Source: a virus
Taxonomy: Duplodnaviria; Caudoviricetes
IMG/VR virus record: IMGVR_UViG_3300032281_000351
Span: 1-27,685 of that record
Length of the DNA stretch: 27,685 nt
Strand: one strand, 5' to 3'
Under the pieces are notes generated by a model that saw only the letters and a list, made by a program, of their open reading frames with translations, was not told where the DNA came from and ran no database searches. Shown piece by piece: positions 1 through 8,230 of this stretch; positions within the stretch are counted from its first letter, which is position 1, and each line of letters opens with the position of its first letter. The position numbers and the translations under genes were made by a program.

Positions 1-976
1 CAGCCTTTGCAAGTTCCTTATCAGGACTCTTGTACTGGACTGGTAGTAGGTTTAGTCCTTCTTGGATGCCATAGTCTCCTACTGTCTCTGCTAATAGGAT
101 TGTGTTTGAGTATATGTCTGGTCGATCAATACCCTGCGATTCCATCGCTGCCTTAATCTCTTCATATGAAAGCAGATGAATGTCAAACTTGTTAAATGTT
201 ATCTGACGGTCTTTGCCATAAAGATAATCAAGGCGTTCCATCATGCTGCCTTTTTTCTTTGACTTTTCATATGTTGCATCTTTTACAAACTTGCCGTGTG
301 TGTTCATTAGTAACTTAAACTCTTGAACTTCTTTTTGTGATGAATCAACATGGTGGCAGTCTGGTGTTACAACAACCTTAATGCCAAACTCATCTGCGAG
401 TTCAATTAGGTACTTATTAATGTGTGCTTCGTTGTGAGGCATGACTTCAATATAGTAATCATCCTCAAAGCGTTCTTTAAACCAAGAGATATACTTCTTG
501 GCAAGAGCAAACTCTTCTTCTTCAAGTGCTTTAACAAGTACGCTACTTGGACAAGCAGATGTTACAATAATACCCTCTTTATACTTTTCAAGAATCGTAA
601 AGTCAAATCGTGGCTTCTTAAAGAAACCATCTGTCCAGGATAGTTCACTAATCTTGTTCAGGTTTTCCAAACCAATTTGATTCTTGGCTAGAAGGATAAT
701 GTGGTTGTAGACAAGATCTTGTTGACCTTCTCTTTCAGACTTATCTCTTGTATCAGATATGTCTGCACACATGTATCCTTCTAGACCTAGAATTGGCTTA
801 ATGCCCTTTGCTTTTGCAATACGGTGCAGTTCCCTATGCCCAGATAAAGTACCGTGGTCAGTGATGGCAATTGCTGGCATCCCTAACTCAACTGCACGGT
901 CAACGTATTCTTCTGGAGTAGCAATCCCATCAAATAAACTAAAATGGGTATGGACATGTAAGCCTACGTAATTCAT
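1..976 (-). CDS. dnaE: DNA polymerase III alpha subunit (DnaE-type), N-terminal PHP domain; partial, runs off the window edge
   Basis: Absent from the ORF track. Manual translation from the ATG at 974-976 gives MNYVGLHVHTHFSLFDG...AIAITDHGTLSG...GIKPILGLEGY...HIILLAKNQIGLENL...KPRFD...EGIIVTSAC, which are the canonical DnaE PHP motifs. It starts 1 nt after the SSB stop codon. Confidence 0.95.
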   Translation of the reverse strand, partial: MNYVGLHVHTHFSLFDGIATPEEYVDRAVELGMPAIAITDHGTLSGHRELHRIAKAKGIKPILGLEGYMCADISDTRDKSEREGQQDLVYNHIILLAKNQIGLENLNKISELSWTDGFFKKPRFDFTILEKYKEGIIVTSACPSSVLVKALEEEEFALAKKYISWFKERFEDDYYIEVMPHNEAHINKYLIELADEFGIKVVVTPDCHHVDSSQKEVQEFKLLMNTHGKFVKDATYEKSKKKGSMMERLDYLYGKDRQITFNKFDIHLLSYEEIKAAMESQGIDRPDIYSNTILLAETVGDYGIQEGLNLLPVQYKSPDKELAKA

Positions 977-977
977 A

Positions 978-1634
978 TTACCAATCTGCGTTGGTAGATG
1001 AAGTTACAGATGGACCATCAAAGCCCAAATAGTATGCTTCTTGCTCGGCATAAGGAATCTTCTTAAGTGCTGACTCAAGAGGATAAGGCTCAATTGCCTT
1101 CCAATCAAATGGTTCCTTGTCTGGTGCTGATGGAATAAGTGTGTAATTAGTTTCAGTACCCTGACCATTACGCTTTAACTTCCACAGTACGTTTGAGATG
1201 CTACCTGTTTCTAGTGCATACTCACGAATTGTATTGAATGATGACTGCTTGCTGATACCCATTGACCAGATTGCAACATACGGTGCTTCAATTCCATCGT
1301 CAACTAATACGTTGCAATAGAAGCGAAGGCGACCACGCCAACCTGCTTTTGGATCCTTGCGGTGCATTTCTTCTGCCCAGTCACGGCCTTCAGATTCCAG
1401 TGTGTCTACAGCCTTGCGCTTGTAGTCCTTTGGATTTACGTGCTCTTTAACAACAAGTGCTAATCCACGCTTTTCATTATAGTTTGCAGAATCCTCATCG
1501 AGTTCTTCAATGAATCGGATCTTTACAGACTGACCGTCTGCTAGTTTTAGCCACTTTAACTTTGGCCCGTCGTTTTCATACTTTGGCTTGTCGAGCAGGG
1601 CATTGATGTTCTTGAGTCCCTTTACTACGCTCAT
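978..1634 (-). CDS. single-stranded DNA-binding protein (T4 gp32-like phage SSB)
   Basis: 218 aa. WLKLADGQSVKIRF strand, KLKRNGQGTETNYTLIP motif typical of this SSB class, C-terminus ending in DW. AAGGAG RBS at 1641-1646. Lies between primase and DnaE. Confidence 0.75.
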   Translation of the reverse strand: MSVVKGLKNINALLDKPKYENDGPKLKWLKLADGQSVKIRFIEELDEDSANYNEKRGLALVVKEHVNPKDYKRKAVDTLESEGRDWAEEMHRKDPKAGWRGRLRFYCNVLVDDGIEAPYVAIWSMGISKQSSFNTIREYALETGSISNVLWKLKRNGQGTETNYTLIPSAPDKEPFDWKAIEPYPLESALKKIPYAEQEAYYLGFDGPSVTSSTNADW

Positions 1635-1657
1635 ATATTTCTCCTTTGTTTGTTATC

Positions 1658-2602
1658 TTAGTTTAGCATAAGAGATATTGATTTGTCAAACTGGAACTCT
1701 AAGTTCTTAAGTTCTTCATCTGGCATATCCCCGATGTCTTTATATTGTGTGTTTAGATTAATAACAGAAACACGGGAAGAAAGTTTTTCAACTATTCTAT
1801 CTTTCATGTTTCCTCCTGCCTCATCGTTATCAGCAATAACAATAATGTTATTGAAATACTTTTGAAGCAATTCTATTTGTGTGCTTGACACATTTGCGCC
1901 AAGGGTTGCTACTGATGGCAGTCCTACCTGATCAAGCCTGATGGCATCAAAGGATGACTCCACTACATATACTCTATCAGATTTCTTAACTCTGTGCAAG
2001 TTAAAAAGTGTTTTGCTTTTTGGAAGTCCTGGAGTATTCTTAAAATCTTTTCCCTCAATAGATCTACCAACAAATCCTAAAGGAATTCCATCTGGGCTAT
2101 GAACTGGAACAGTAACCATGTCTTGCTTTTCTGAATACCCTAATGAGAACTTTATGCAAGAAGGCTTTTCAATTTTTCTATATGTGAAATAGTTTCTTGC
2201 TCTTTCTGAGGCAACAAGATTATTGTGCAGTCTTTTAATAATAAGTTCATCAAAAGTTTTATAGGTTTCTTCTTTTACAAGAACCTTATCAATCTCTGTA
2301 GTTAGATTAGTTAGTTTTTCTTTGCTCTTTATAAACCTTGCAGACTCAAAATATGTTCTACCAGATGTATGCATAACTAGTTCTATCAAGTCTGCAGATT
2401 TTTGGCAAGAGAAACAAAAGAACATACCACTGTCTTTTTGTACTTCTCCTGCTGGGGTTCTGTGATTATTGTGAAATGGACAAAAGATCATAAAGTCTGC
2501 ATCAAGTTCAGACTCTACGGTAACACCCGATCCTGTAAGGACTCGCTTGACTTGTTCTGCGGAATAAAGATTGGATTGGTTCCGTCTATTCCTGCTATCC
2601 AT
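1658..2602 (-). CDS. dnaG: DNA primase (DnaG-type: CHC2 zinc finger plus TOPRIM)
   Basis: CPFH...CFSC zinc finger, GFVGR motif, and TOPRIM motifs VVESSFDAI and ADNDEAG. Confidence 0.93.
   Translation of the reverse strand: MDSRNRRNQSNLYSAEQVKRVLTGSGVTVESELDADFMIFCPFHNNHRTPAGEVQKDSGMFFCFSCQKSADLIELVMHTSGRTYFESARFIKSKEKLTNLTTEIDKVLVKEETYKTFDELIIKRLHNNLVASERARNYFTYRKIEKPSCIKFSLGYSEKQDMVTVPVHSPDGIPLGFVGRSIEGKDFKNTPGLPKSKTLFNLHRVKKSDRVYVVESSFDAIRLDQVGLPSVATLGANVSSTQIELLQKYFNNIIVIADNDEAGGNMKDRIVEKLSSRVSVINLNTQYKDIGDMPDEELKNLEFQFDKSISLMLN
1660..1668 (-). promoter_or_regulatory. putative extended -10 promoter (TGCTAAACT) for ssb-dnaE
   Basis: TGn-TAnnnT match overlapping the end of the primase gene, about 13 nt upstream of the RBS. 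Confidence 0.4.
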
Positions 2603-2874
2603 GTGCTCTTCCTTTTCCCTGCGTAGACTGCCTGTATTGATAATTCAAATTCAAAAAAGTTCTTAATCTCATTATACCTTATAGTGAAGTCTGGGTCAAG
2701 ATCAATTCTTGGAACGTAACCACTTAACTTCATTTCTGTTGTCAATAACCTTACATACTCTTCTCTAAGTCTTCCGATCATTGAGTCGTCATAAATTATC
2801 CCATCAAGGTAAAACCTTTTAATAGGCTTATGATGGTAGAAGGTTGGTGACAAGTTCTTCTTAATTTCGGACAT
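2515..2874 (-). CDS. hypothetical protein between helicase and primase
   Basis: 119-aa ORF on the coding strand filling the helicase-primase gap. TATAAT lies 5 nt before its ATG. Its 3' end overlaps the primase start by 88 nt. Confidence 0.7.
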   Translation of the reverse strand: MSEIKKNLSPTFYHHKPIKRFYLDGIIYDDSMIGRLREEYVRLLTTEMKLSGYVPRIDLDPDFTIRYNEIKNFFEFELSIQAVYAGKRKSTWIAGIDGTNPIFIPQNKSSESLQDRVLP

Positions 2875-2886
2875 ATCATATTATAA

Positions 2887-4107
2887 CTACTTATCTTCAA
2901 AGTCTTTATACCTATAATATCCCTTGTCAAAATCGCACTGGACTAGGAAATCTCCCATAAATCCATTACGGTTCTTTCTAAAAGCACATTCAATAATATC
3001 ACTATTAGTGCCACGGCCCAAGGCTAGAACCCAGTCGGCATCATAGGCAATCTGTCTAGACCAGGCTGTTTGACCCAGTGTAGGCACTGTGGAAAGATCA
3101 TTAACATCATCTGGTGTAGCAGATGAAATAGCAATAATTGGTACCTCTTCACCAATAGCCATTAGTTTAAGTTCTCGTGAAAGGTTCTTCATTCGTACCG
3201 TTTCGTTATCTGACTTTTGATTAGGAGCCATTAATTGAAGGTAGTCAACAATTACAAAATCTGGCTTGTACTGGTCAATCTTTCCACGAAGCACTGAAGG
3301 GTTGATCTCTCCACCCTGATCATTTGAAATAATATGGAACTCTGGCTTACCTTGAAGATTTTTCTCATGCCATTCTTTTAGCATGTCCATCTCAACATCA
3401 CCATTACTTAACTTTCTATGAGACCAACGTCCTTCACCCATAATTGTAAATACACGGTTACGGACTTCTGTTTCACTCATTTCAAGACTGATGACTAGTG
3501 GACTACGACCCTGTTTCCAAGCCTGTACAGCGAAGTAGAGAGCCAACCACGACTTTCCGATACCTGGGTATGCCAAGAAGACTCCTAACTGCCCTGGCAT
3601 AATTCCAGACGGCAAGTAGTTATCAAATCCTGGCAATCCAGTCTTGATGCCGATATGTCCTAGGGCTTGTTGCTTCTTTACATTTTCAAAGTAAGCAATC
3701 GCAGACTCTAGATCTGTAACATCAATATCTCTAATTGCAGCAGTATTCTTTTTTAGTTCTGAAGTCTTTGTAATTAATTCATTAAGGGCAACAGTTCCAT
3801 TGTTATTCTGGATCTCAGACGCTGCAGACCTAATTATATCTTTTAGGCTGTCTGTAAGATACTCACCCTGTAACTCTTCAAGATGATGTTTCGTTGCACC
3901 AATACCTGATACTGGCTCAAAGTCTCTAAACTTTTCAGTAACTAGTTCTACTGGTGGAAGAACAGAGTTATTTTCAAAATATAATCTAACAAAGTTCCAA
4001 ATATCTCCATGGGTTCTAAGAAGGTTTTCAACATTTGCCTGAAGAAGAACATGGATCTGTTTATCTTTTAAGACAGCCGTAAGTAGTTTTGCCTCTGTAT
4101 TATTCAC
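2887..4107 (-). CDS. dnaB: replicative DNA helicase (DnaB/SF4)
   Basis: GIKTG; Walker A AYPGIGKS; SLEM; Walker B VIVDYLQLM; SRELKLMA; YDAD; KNRNG arginine finger. Confidence 0.95.
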   Translation of the reverse strand: MNNTEAKLLTAVLKDKQIHVLLQANVENLLRTHGDIWNFVRLYFENNSVLPPVELVTEKFRDFEPVSGIGATKHHLEELQGEYLTDSLKDIIRSAASEIQNNNGTVALNELITKTSELKKNTAAIRDIDVTDLESAIAYFENVKKQQALGHIGIKTGLPGFDNYLPSGIMPGQLGVFLAYPGIGKSWLALYFAVQAWKQGRSPLVISLEMSETEVRNRVFTIMGEGRWSHRKLSNGDVEMDMLKEWHEKNLQGKPEFHIISNDQGGEINPSVLRGKIDQYKPDFVIVDYLQLMAPNQKSDNETVRMKNLSRELKLMAIGEEVPIIAISSATPDDVNDLSTVPTLGQTAWSRQIAYDADWVLALGRGTNSDIIECAFRKNRNGFMGDFLVQCDFDKGYYRYKDFEDK

Positions 4108-4408
4108 TTAGCCACTCCTTTGCCATTCGTCTGCGTTCTGCTCTATCTTGATTATCTTTAACTTTATCTCTTTGTGCCTGTAATATTTTTTCTGCATTGT
4201 ATGCAAAGTAGTTCCATGAAGGATTCTCTGCAACTGAAAAGTAATACTCAAGTATATCGTAGCATCCTGGAAGAGTGTATGATTCTACAAGGGCATCTGA
4301 AGCCCACTGCTCTACATTTAGGTTAAGAGATGGCTTTGATTCGTACCTTGCGGTATGATACTTGCTGTATCTTGAAAGCAAAGCCATACGGTCTTTGCGT
4401 TCGGCCAT
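4100..4408 (-). CDS. hypothetical protein coupled to the helicase (possible loader or accessory factor)
   Basis: 102-aa helical-looking ORF overlapping both neighbours. Function is suggested by position only. Confidence 0.7.
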   Translation of the reverse strand: MAERKDRMALLSRYSKYHTARYESKPSLNLNVEQWASDALVESYTLPGCYDILEYYFSVAENPSWNYFAYNAEKILQAQRDKVKDNQDRAERRRMAKEWLSE

Positions 4409-4638
4409 TATGCTTCGGCAGCCTCTTCTTGTGCTTCTTTAATCTTCTCTGTAAGTTTATCTTCAACAAACTTGTAGACACGCTCAAAAGACTGATCAAC
4501 AGTCTCTCCATTGCGTGAACTATCAACTACGCCAAGATCTAGCCTTAGTGACTGAAAGTTTCCTAGATTAAGTGTGTACCCTAGTGTTACGGATACTTTG
4601 GTTGGTTCATTTGTTACTACATAATTGCTGTCTGACAT
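4408..4638 (-). CDS. small hypothetical protein
   Basis: The likely start is the ATG at 4636-4638 after GAAGGG (MSDSNYVV...), just downstream of the previous stop, rather than 4719. Contains KVSVTLGYTLNLGNFQSLRLDLG, a beta-hairpin followed by a helix. Confidence 0.75.
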   Translation of the reverse strand: MSDSNYVVTNEPTKVSVTLGYTLNLGNFQSLRLDLGVVDSSRNGETVDQSFERVYKFVEDKLTEKIKEAQEEAAEA

Positions 4639-4651
4639 TTTATACCCTTCG

Positions 4652-5194
4652 TTAAATAGACTCATTCCAAATTGGAACAAATCGTCCATCTTCAGTTCTT
4701 CTATAAGTAAGTATACCATCGCCCATTCTTCGTGTCAACTCTTGCTTGCTGGGCGTAATATCATTTGTAATTAACTTATCTTTTCTTGGTCTGCCAATGT
4801 GGTGTGAAGCAAGTATATCACGAATCTCTCTTACTTGCGATTCAGAGTAGTACGATCTTACTTGGAAGCCCCTTGCCCCACCTTTTTGAGATCCTGTCGG
4901 AAAAGGAATTACTCCACGCTTCATAAGGTCTGGCATATATTTTTTATGACGATTAACTAAATCAGCAGTCTGACCTACTGTATAGGCTCGCTCTCTTTTA
5001 TTTTTAAAGTCACCAATTAGACAACTCTCTATCTGATCCTTTGTAATATTATAAACAGACATTATTCCATTAGACCTGTTTAAATGATGAACCCTTACAA
5101 GTTCCCCGTTAAGAAACCAAACCTTTTTGTTACCTGGTATTACAGGTGACTCATTGTATTTTTCGCTCTCAATTGTTCCTTTTTTAGTAGCCAT
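4652..5194 (-). CDS. DNA-binding protein with a MerR/excisionase-like winged HTH
   Basis: AYTVGQTADLVNRHKKYMPDLMKRGVIPFP...RSYYSESQVREIRDIL fits the MerR-type HTH pattern. Likely start ATG at 5192-5194 after GGAGGG. Confidence 0.7.
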   Translation of the reverse strand: MATKKGTIESEKYNESPVIPGNKKVWFLNGELVRVHHLNRSNGIMSVYNITKDQIESCLIGDFKNKRERAYTVGQTADLVNRHKKYMPDLMKRGVIPFPTGSQKGGARGFQVRSYYSESQVREIRDILASHHIGRPRKDKLITNDITPSKQELTRRMGDGILTYRRTEDGRFVPIWNESI

Positions 5195-5331
5195 CGGCCC
5201 TCCTGAGAATTGCTTGGTGGATGAAAAAATTTTCTTGACCCACAAAGAATGCAATATAGTTCTAAGTTATTTATTTCTGTATACTGTCTATCTATAAACA
5301 TTCTTCCATTACATTTTATACATTTTATCAC
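5140..5331 (-). CDS. small zinc-ribbon protein
   Basis: CIKC...CILCG pair of Cys knuckles. GTG start overlaps the upstream TGA (GTGA). Confidence 0.75.
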   Translation of the reverse strand: MIKCIKCNGRMFIDRQYTEINNLELYCILCGSRKFFHPPSNSQEGRWLLKKEQLRAKNTMSHL

Positions 5332-5771
5332 GAGTTAGGAATTCCAACCGCTATAACATTAATACCGATTGTAGTTTCTCCTCCAAGATTAAACTTTACA
5401 GATCCCTCTGCCTTAGAAGTTGTTATGCTATTAATGACAACTGTTACGTCTTTTCCAGCATCATTTGCTCCTTTGTTATAGGCGGTTGCTGTAACAATTG
5501 GAGGATACTTAAACTCCTTATCAAAGGTAACATCCCAAGGCAATGAACTTCCTGCGATCTGAAGTTGTGATGTTGATACTTGGGCAAATCCTGCAACTAT
5601 TGCTGACTCAGATGTCTTTACGGTTTGTAAAGCACCACCGTCTTTAATCGACACATAGCCTCTTTTAGAGTCGGCAGAGAGTTTGTGCAGTTCATTCAAA
5701 GACTGAACAATTTGATAAATATATGTTACATCTAGTGGCTGCCCACGCTCAGGCACAGGTAATATTGGCAT
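5328..5771 (-). CDS. putative short tail fibre or receptor-binding subunit with an H-type-lectin-like C-terminal domain
   Basis: VTFDKEFKYPPIVTATA...INSITTS...INVIAVG resembles tail-fibre C-terminal beta-sandwiches. Last gene of the tail cluster. Confidence 0.6.
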   Translation of the reverse strand: MPILPVPERGQPLDVTYIYQIVQSLNELHKLSADSKRGYVSIKDGGALQTVKTSESAIVAGFAQVSTSQLQIAGSSLPWDVTFDKEFKYPPIVTATAYNKGANDAGKDVTVVINSITTSKAEGSVKFNLGGETTIGINVIAVGIPNS

Positions 5772-5777
5772 ACTATA

Positions 5778-5786
5778 ATTATACCA
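5778..5786 (-). promoter_or_regulatory. extended -10 promoter TGGTATAAT, leaderless geometry
   Basis: Perfect TGnTATAAT followed by 6 nt and the ATG at 5771, with no Shine-Dalgarno sequence. The upstream stop codon lies inside the hexamer. Confidence 0.65.
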
Positions 5787-6234
5787 GACCTACAGAGCCA
5801 GAATAGACTTCTAGTTGATTTGTGGCTACATTGTTTATAACTACTTCCGCAAACTTTTTAGGTTCTACAGTAGATATCTGGACAACAACTCGAACAGATT
5901 GCGTCCCCTGCTTTAAAAAAGAATAGTTTTGAGATGATGTTGATCCTCTATATGTCGGAGTTGCGCCATCAAAGCCTGCAAAAATATCATATTGCAACTG
6001 TGTTGAACCTTGTCCCACAGACCAGTTTACAAATATGCTATTTCCAATTGGATTTACATCTCCTGGACCGAAGATTACAACATCAGACCCAGTTATAAAT
6101 ATTTTTGAATAAGCAGACTTTCTGTTCTTATCTTCTGAAACAATTCTAAATCTTACAATTCTAGAGTTTGAAGAGGTTACTTTTCCAAGCAAATCTTTTT
6201 TTATAACAACATTTTTAATTCCTTTATCTGCCAC
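5779..6234 (-). CDS. minor tail protein (beta-rich, possibly FN3/Ig-like)
   Basis: 151 aa, GTG start, alternating beta-strand pattern, within the tail-tip cluster. Confidence 0.6.
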   Translation of the reverse strand: MADKGIKNVVIKKDLLGKVTSSNSRIVRFRIVSEDKNRKSAYSKIFITGSDVVIFGPGDVNPIGNSIFVNWSVGQGSTQLQYDIFAGFDGATPTYRGSTSSQNYSFLKQGTQSVRVVVQISTVEPKKFAEVVINNVATNQLEVYSGSVGLV

Positions 6235-6236
6235 GA

Positions 6237-7622
6237 TCAGACTCCCAGAGCAAATCTAAACTCAATATAGTTTGTTGTGTTTGCTGATTTTATGATTGGC
6301 TTTGCTCCGACACTTTTAATTACAGAGTAGCCAGTAAGCCCATATAAAGAGTTTGTTGATGTAATGTTTTCTAATCTTAAGCCATCCAAGCAAACATAGA
6401 ATAAATCTGATGGCGCTCCTGCTTCAGTTACACAGGCATAGATTTTTGCTACAGAAACTTCTCTCCAGTCAAAGTTGTCAGTTTTGTTTAAATCTTTAAG
6501 TGCTTTTGTGGTAACAATATATCTATTTAAATCAAAATTTGTTTCTTGTGCTGCTGTTCCAGCAGAGTATCCTATATCATCAATATCTACCTCAAACCTT
6601 GCATACTCTACTACCTCTGGAGTTGTACCAGCATGAGAAAAATCTATTAAAATTTTAACATTGTCTGGGACTGTATTTGCATTACCTACTTTATTAACAA
6701 CAGAAAATGCAAACCTTAGTTCGTCTAGTGGACTATTTTTTGTAAAATCTACTGAGGTTTCATTAAGTCTAATATATTTAGATTGAGAGCCAACCTCTAG
6801 TTTACCTAGTGAGTTTTTTGTTAGGGTAGAACTGTTTCCAACCATAGCAATGATGTTATTTAAAAACCTGCATCTTTCATTTCTTGCCACTCTGCTTGAA
6901 TTAGTAAAAATTTTATTATCTGCGTTTGTCTGAAATACTGGGTATGCTTGACTAATGATATTTGTTTCTACATCATTAATTAAAATGCCTGATGAAACAA
7001 AGGCTAAGGAAATAGGACTAGTTGCAACAAGTGTAAATGTGTTTGGTGTTGGAACTGCCTGAATATTTTTATCTACTAAATTAAAAACAACTGGAGCAAT
7101 ACCAGATACAGATATTTTAGTTCCAACTGTAAGCCCATGGGATACATCTGTTGTGTAGGTTATGGTTGTTCCTGATGCAGTTGCATTAACTATATTAACT
7201 ACACGGTCATCTAGTGGCTCATATATTACAGGTATTTCAATCGCTGCGGACCCAACAGGCTGATAAAGCCAATTGTCTGTATCTGTAAAAGAATAGATGC
7301 TCTTACTGTCAAAAGATCCAGCAACTGGATTTGATGCAGCGGAGAATACACCTACCTCTGTTATTTCATATCTTTCTTCTGTTGGCAGTTCTGCTGTTAA
7401 GACTATCTTATCAATACCGTTTTCGTTTACAAAACCTCTAGAGATAATGGGAACACGAAACATCTCAAAATCTAAAGAGTTCTTTAGGCTATAGTCTCCG
7501 AAATTACCCCCATCAGAAGCCACTGGTTTGGCCCCACAGCCCACAGCAATGTGGGAGGCATATGATTGGGTCTGCCCCACAAGATACTTGGCTAAAAGAT
7601 TTTTACCTATATTAGTTATCAT
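6237..7622 (-). CDS. tail fibre or baseplate attachment protein
   Basis: The N-terminus MITNIGKNLLAKYL...HIAVGCG...LTAELP...EITEVGVF resembles tail-collar fibre (P2 gpH-like) anchoring domains. Contains an internal HGLTVG beta-module. Confidence 0.65.
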   Translation of the reverse strand: MITNIGKNLLAKYLVGQTQSYASHIAVGCGAKPVASDGGNFGDYSLKNSLDFEMFRVPIISRGFVNENGIDKIVLTAELPTEERYEITEVGVFSAASNPVAGSFDSKSIYSFTDTDNWLYQPVGSAAIEIPVIYEPLDDRVVNIVNATASGTTITYTTDVSHGLTVGTKISVSGIAPVVFNLVDKNIQAVPTPNTFTLVATSPISLAFVSSGILINDVETNIISQAYPVFQTNADNKIFTNSSRVARNERCRFLNNIIAMVGNSSTLTKNSLGKLEVGSQSKYIRLNETSVDFTKNSPLDELRFAFSVVNKVGNANTVPDNVKILIDFSHAGTTPEVVEYARFEVDIDDIGYSAGTAAQETNFDLNRYIVTTKALKDLNKTDNFDWREVSVAKIYACVTEAGAPSDLFYVCLDGLRLENITSTNSLYGLTGYSVIKSVGAKPIIKSANTTNYIEFRFALGV

Positions 7623-8230
7623 TAATTTCCTCCACTATGTATTGTATCACTAAAAACATCTCCACTGCTCAATACCTGAACTTCTACCTGCTCATTTTGC
7701 TTAACATTGATTAGATTAATAACCAAATCCCCTGTTATTGGATCAATGTAGACAGCCTTACAGTTTGGTGTCTTTATCCATTTATTTAAGTCTTTTTCAT
7801 CATACCCTGGATCGTTTTCTGGTGGTGGTGGTTTAGATATGCTATATCCCGTTCCACAGGTAGGAAGATGATCAAATATAGACAAAGACAAAGACTTAAA
7901 GTATGAGTCAGAAGACTGAAGCCTTAAAACATTATTTGGATTGTACTGTAGATATAGGTCTGTTAAGTTTTTAATTGGAGCGTATATAACCTTTTGACCA
8001 TTTATTAAATCGTGCCTAGATATTGTAGCAAGTTCGTATCCACCTATATCTTCAAACACAAGATCTGTCATTGACTCATATGATTCAACTTCGTCATTGA
8101 AAAGAATCAGATCTGGTGTTGCAACTTTTACTGAATCATTATTACTTTTTATTATTGCTTTTGGTAGTGGTGCAACAGCATCTGTTTTATCTCCAAAGGT
8201 TGATCCACCTCCATCAATCTTATCTATCAT
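7622..8230 (-). CDS. minor tail or baseplate protein
   Basis: 202-aa ORF with TAATG-coupled junctions on both sides, within the tail cluster. Confidence 0.6.
   Translation of the reverse strand: MIDKIDGGGSTFGDKTDAVAPLPKAIIKSNNDSVKVATPDLILFNDEVESYESMTDLVFEDIGGYELATISRHDLINGQKVIYAPIKNLTDLYLQYNPNNVLRLQSSDSYFKSLSLSIFDHLPTCGTGYSISKPPPPENDPGYDEKDLNKWIKTPNCKAVYIDPITGDLVINLINVKQNEQVEVQVLSSGDVFSDTIHSGGN

Noticed and set aside
2905-2930. TTGACA followed by TATAAA near the end of the helicase gene as a sigma70 promoter
   Set aside because: The spacing is about 14 nt, too short, and the site lies inside coding sequence.
4323-4526. Minus-strand 67-aa ORF
   Set aside because: It overlaps two better-supported, TAATG-coupled genes in another frame.
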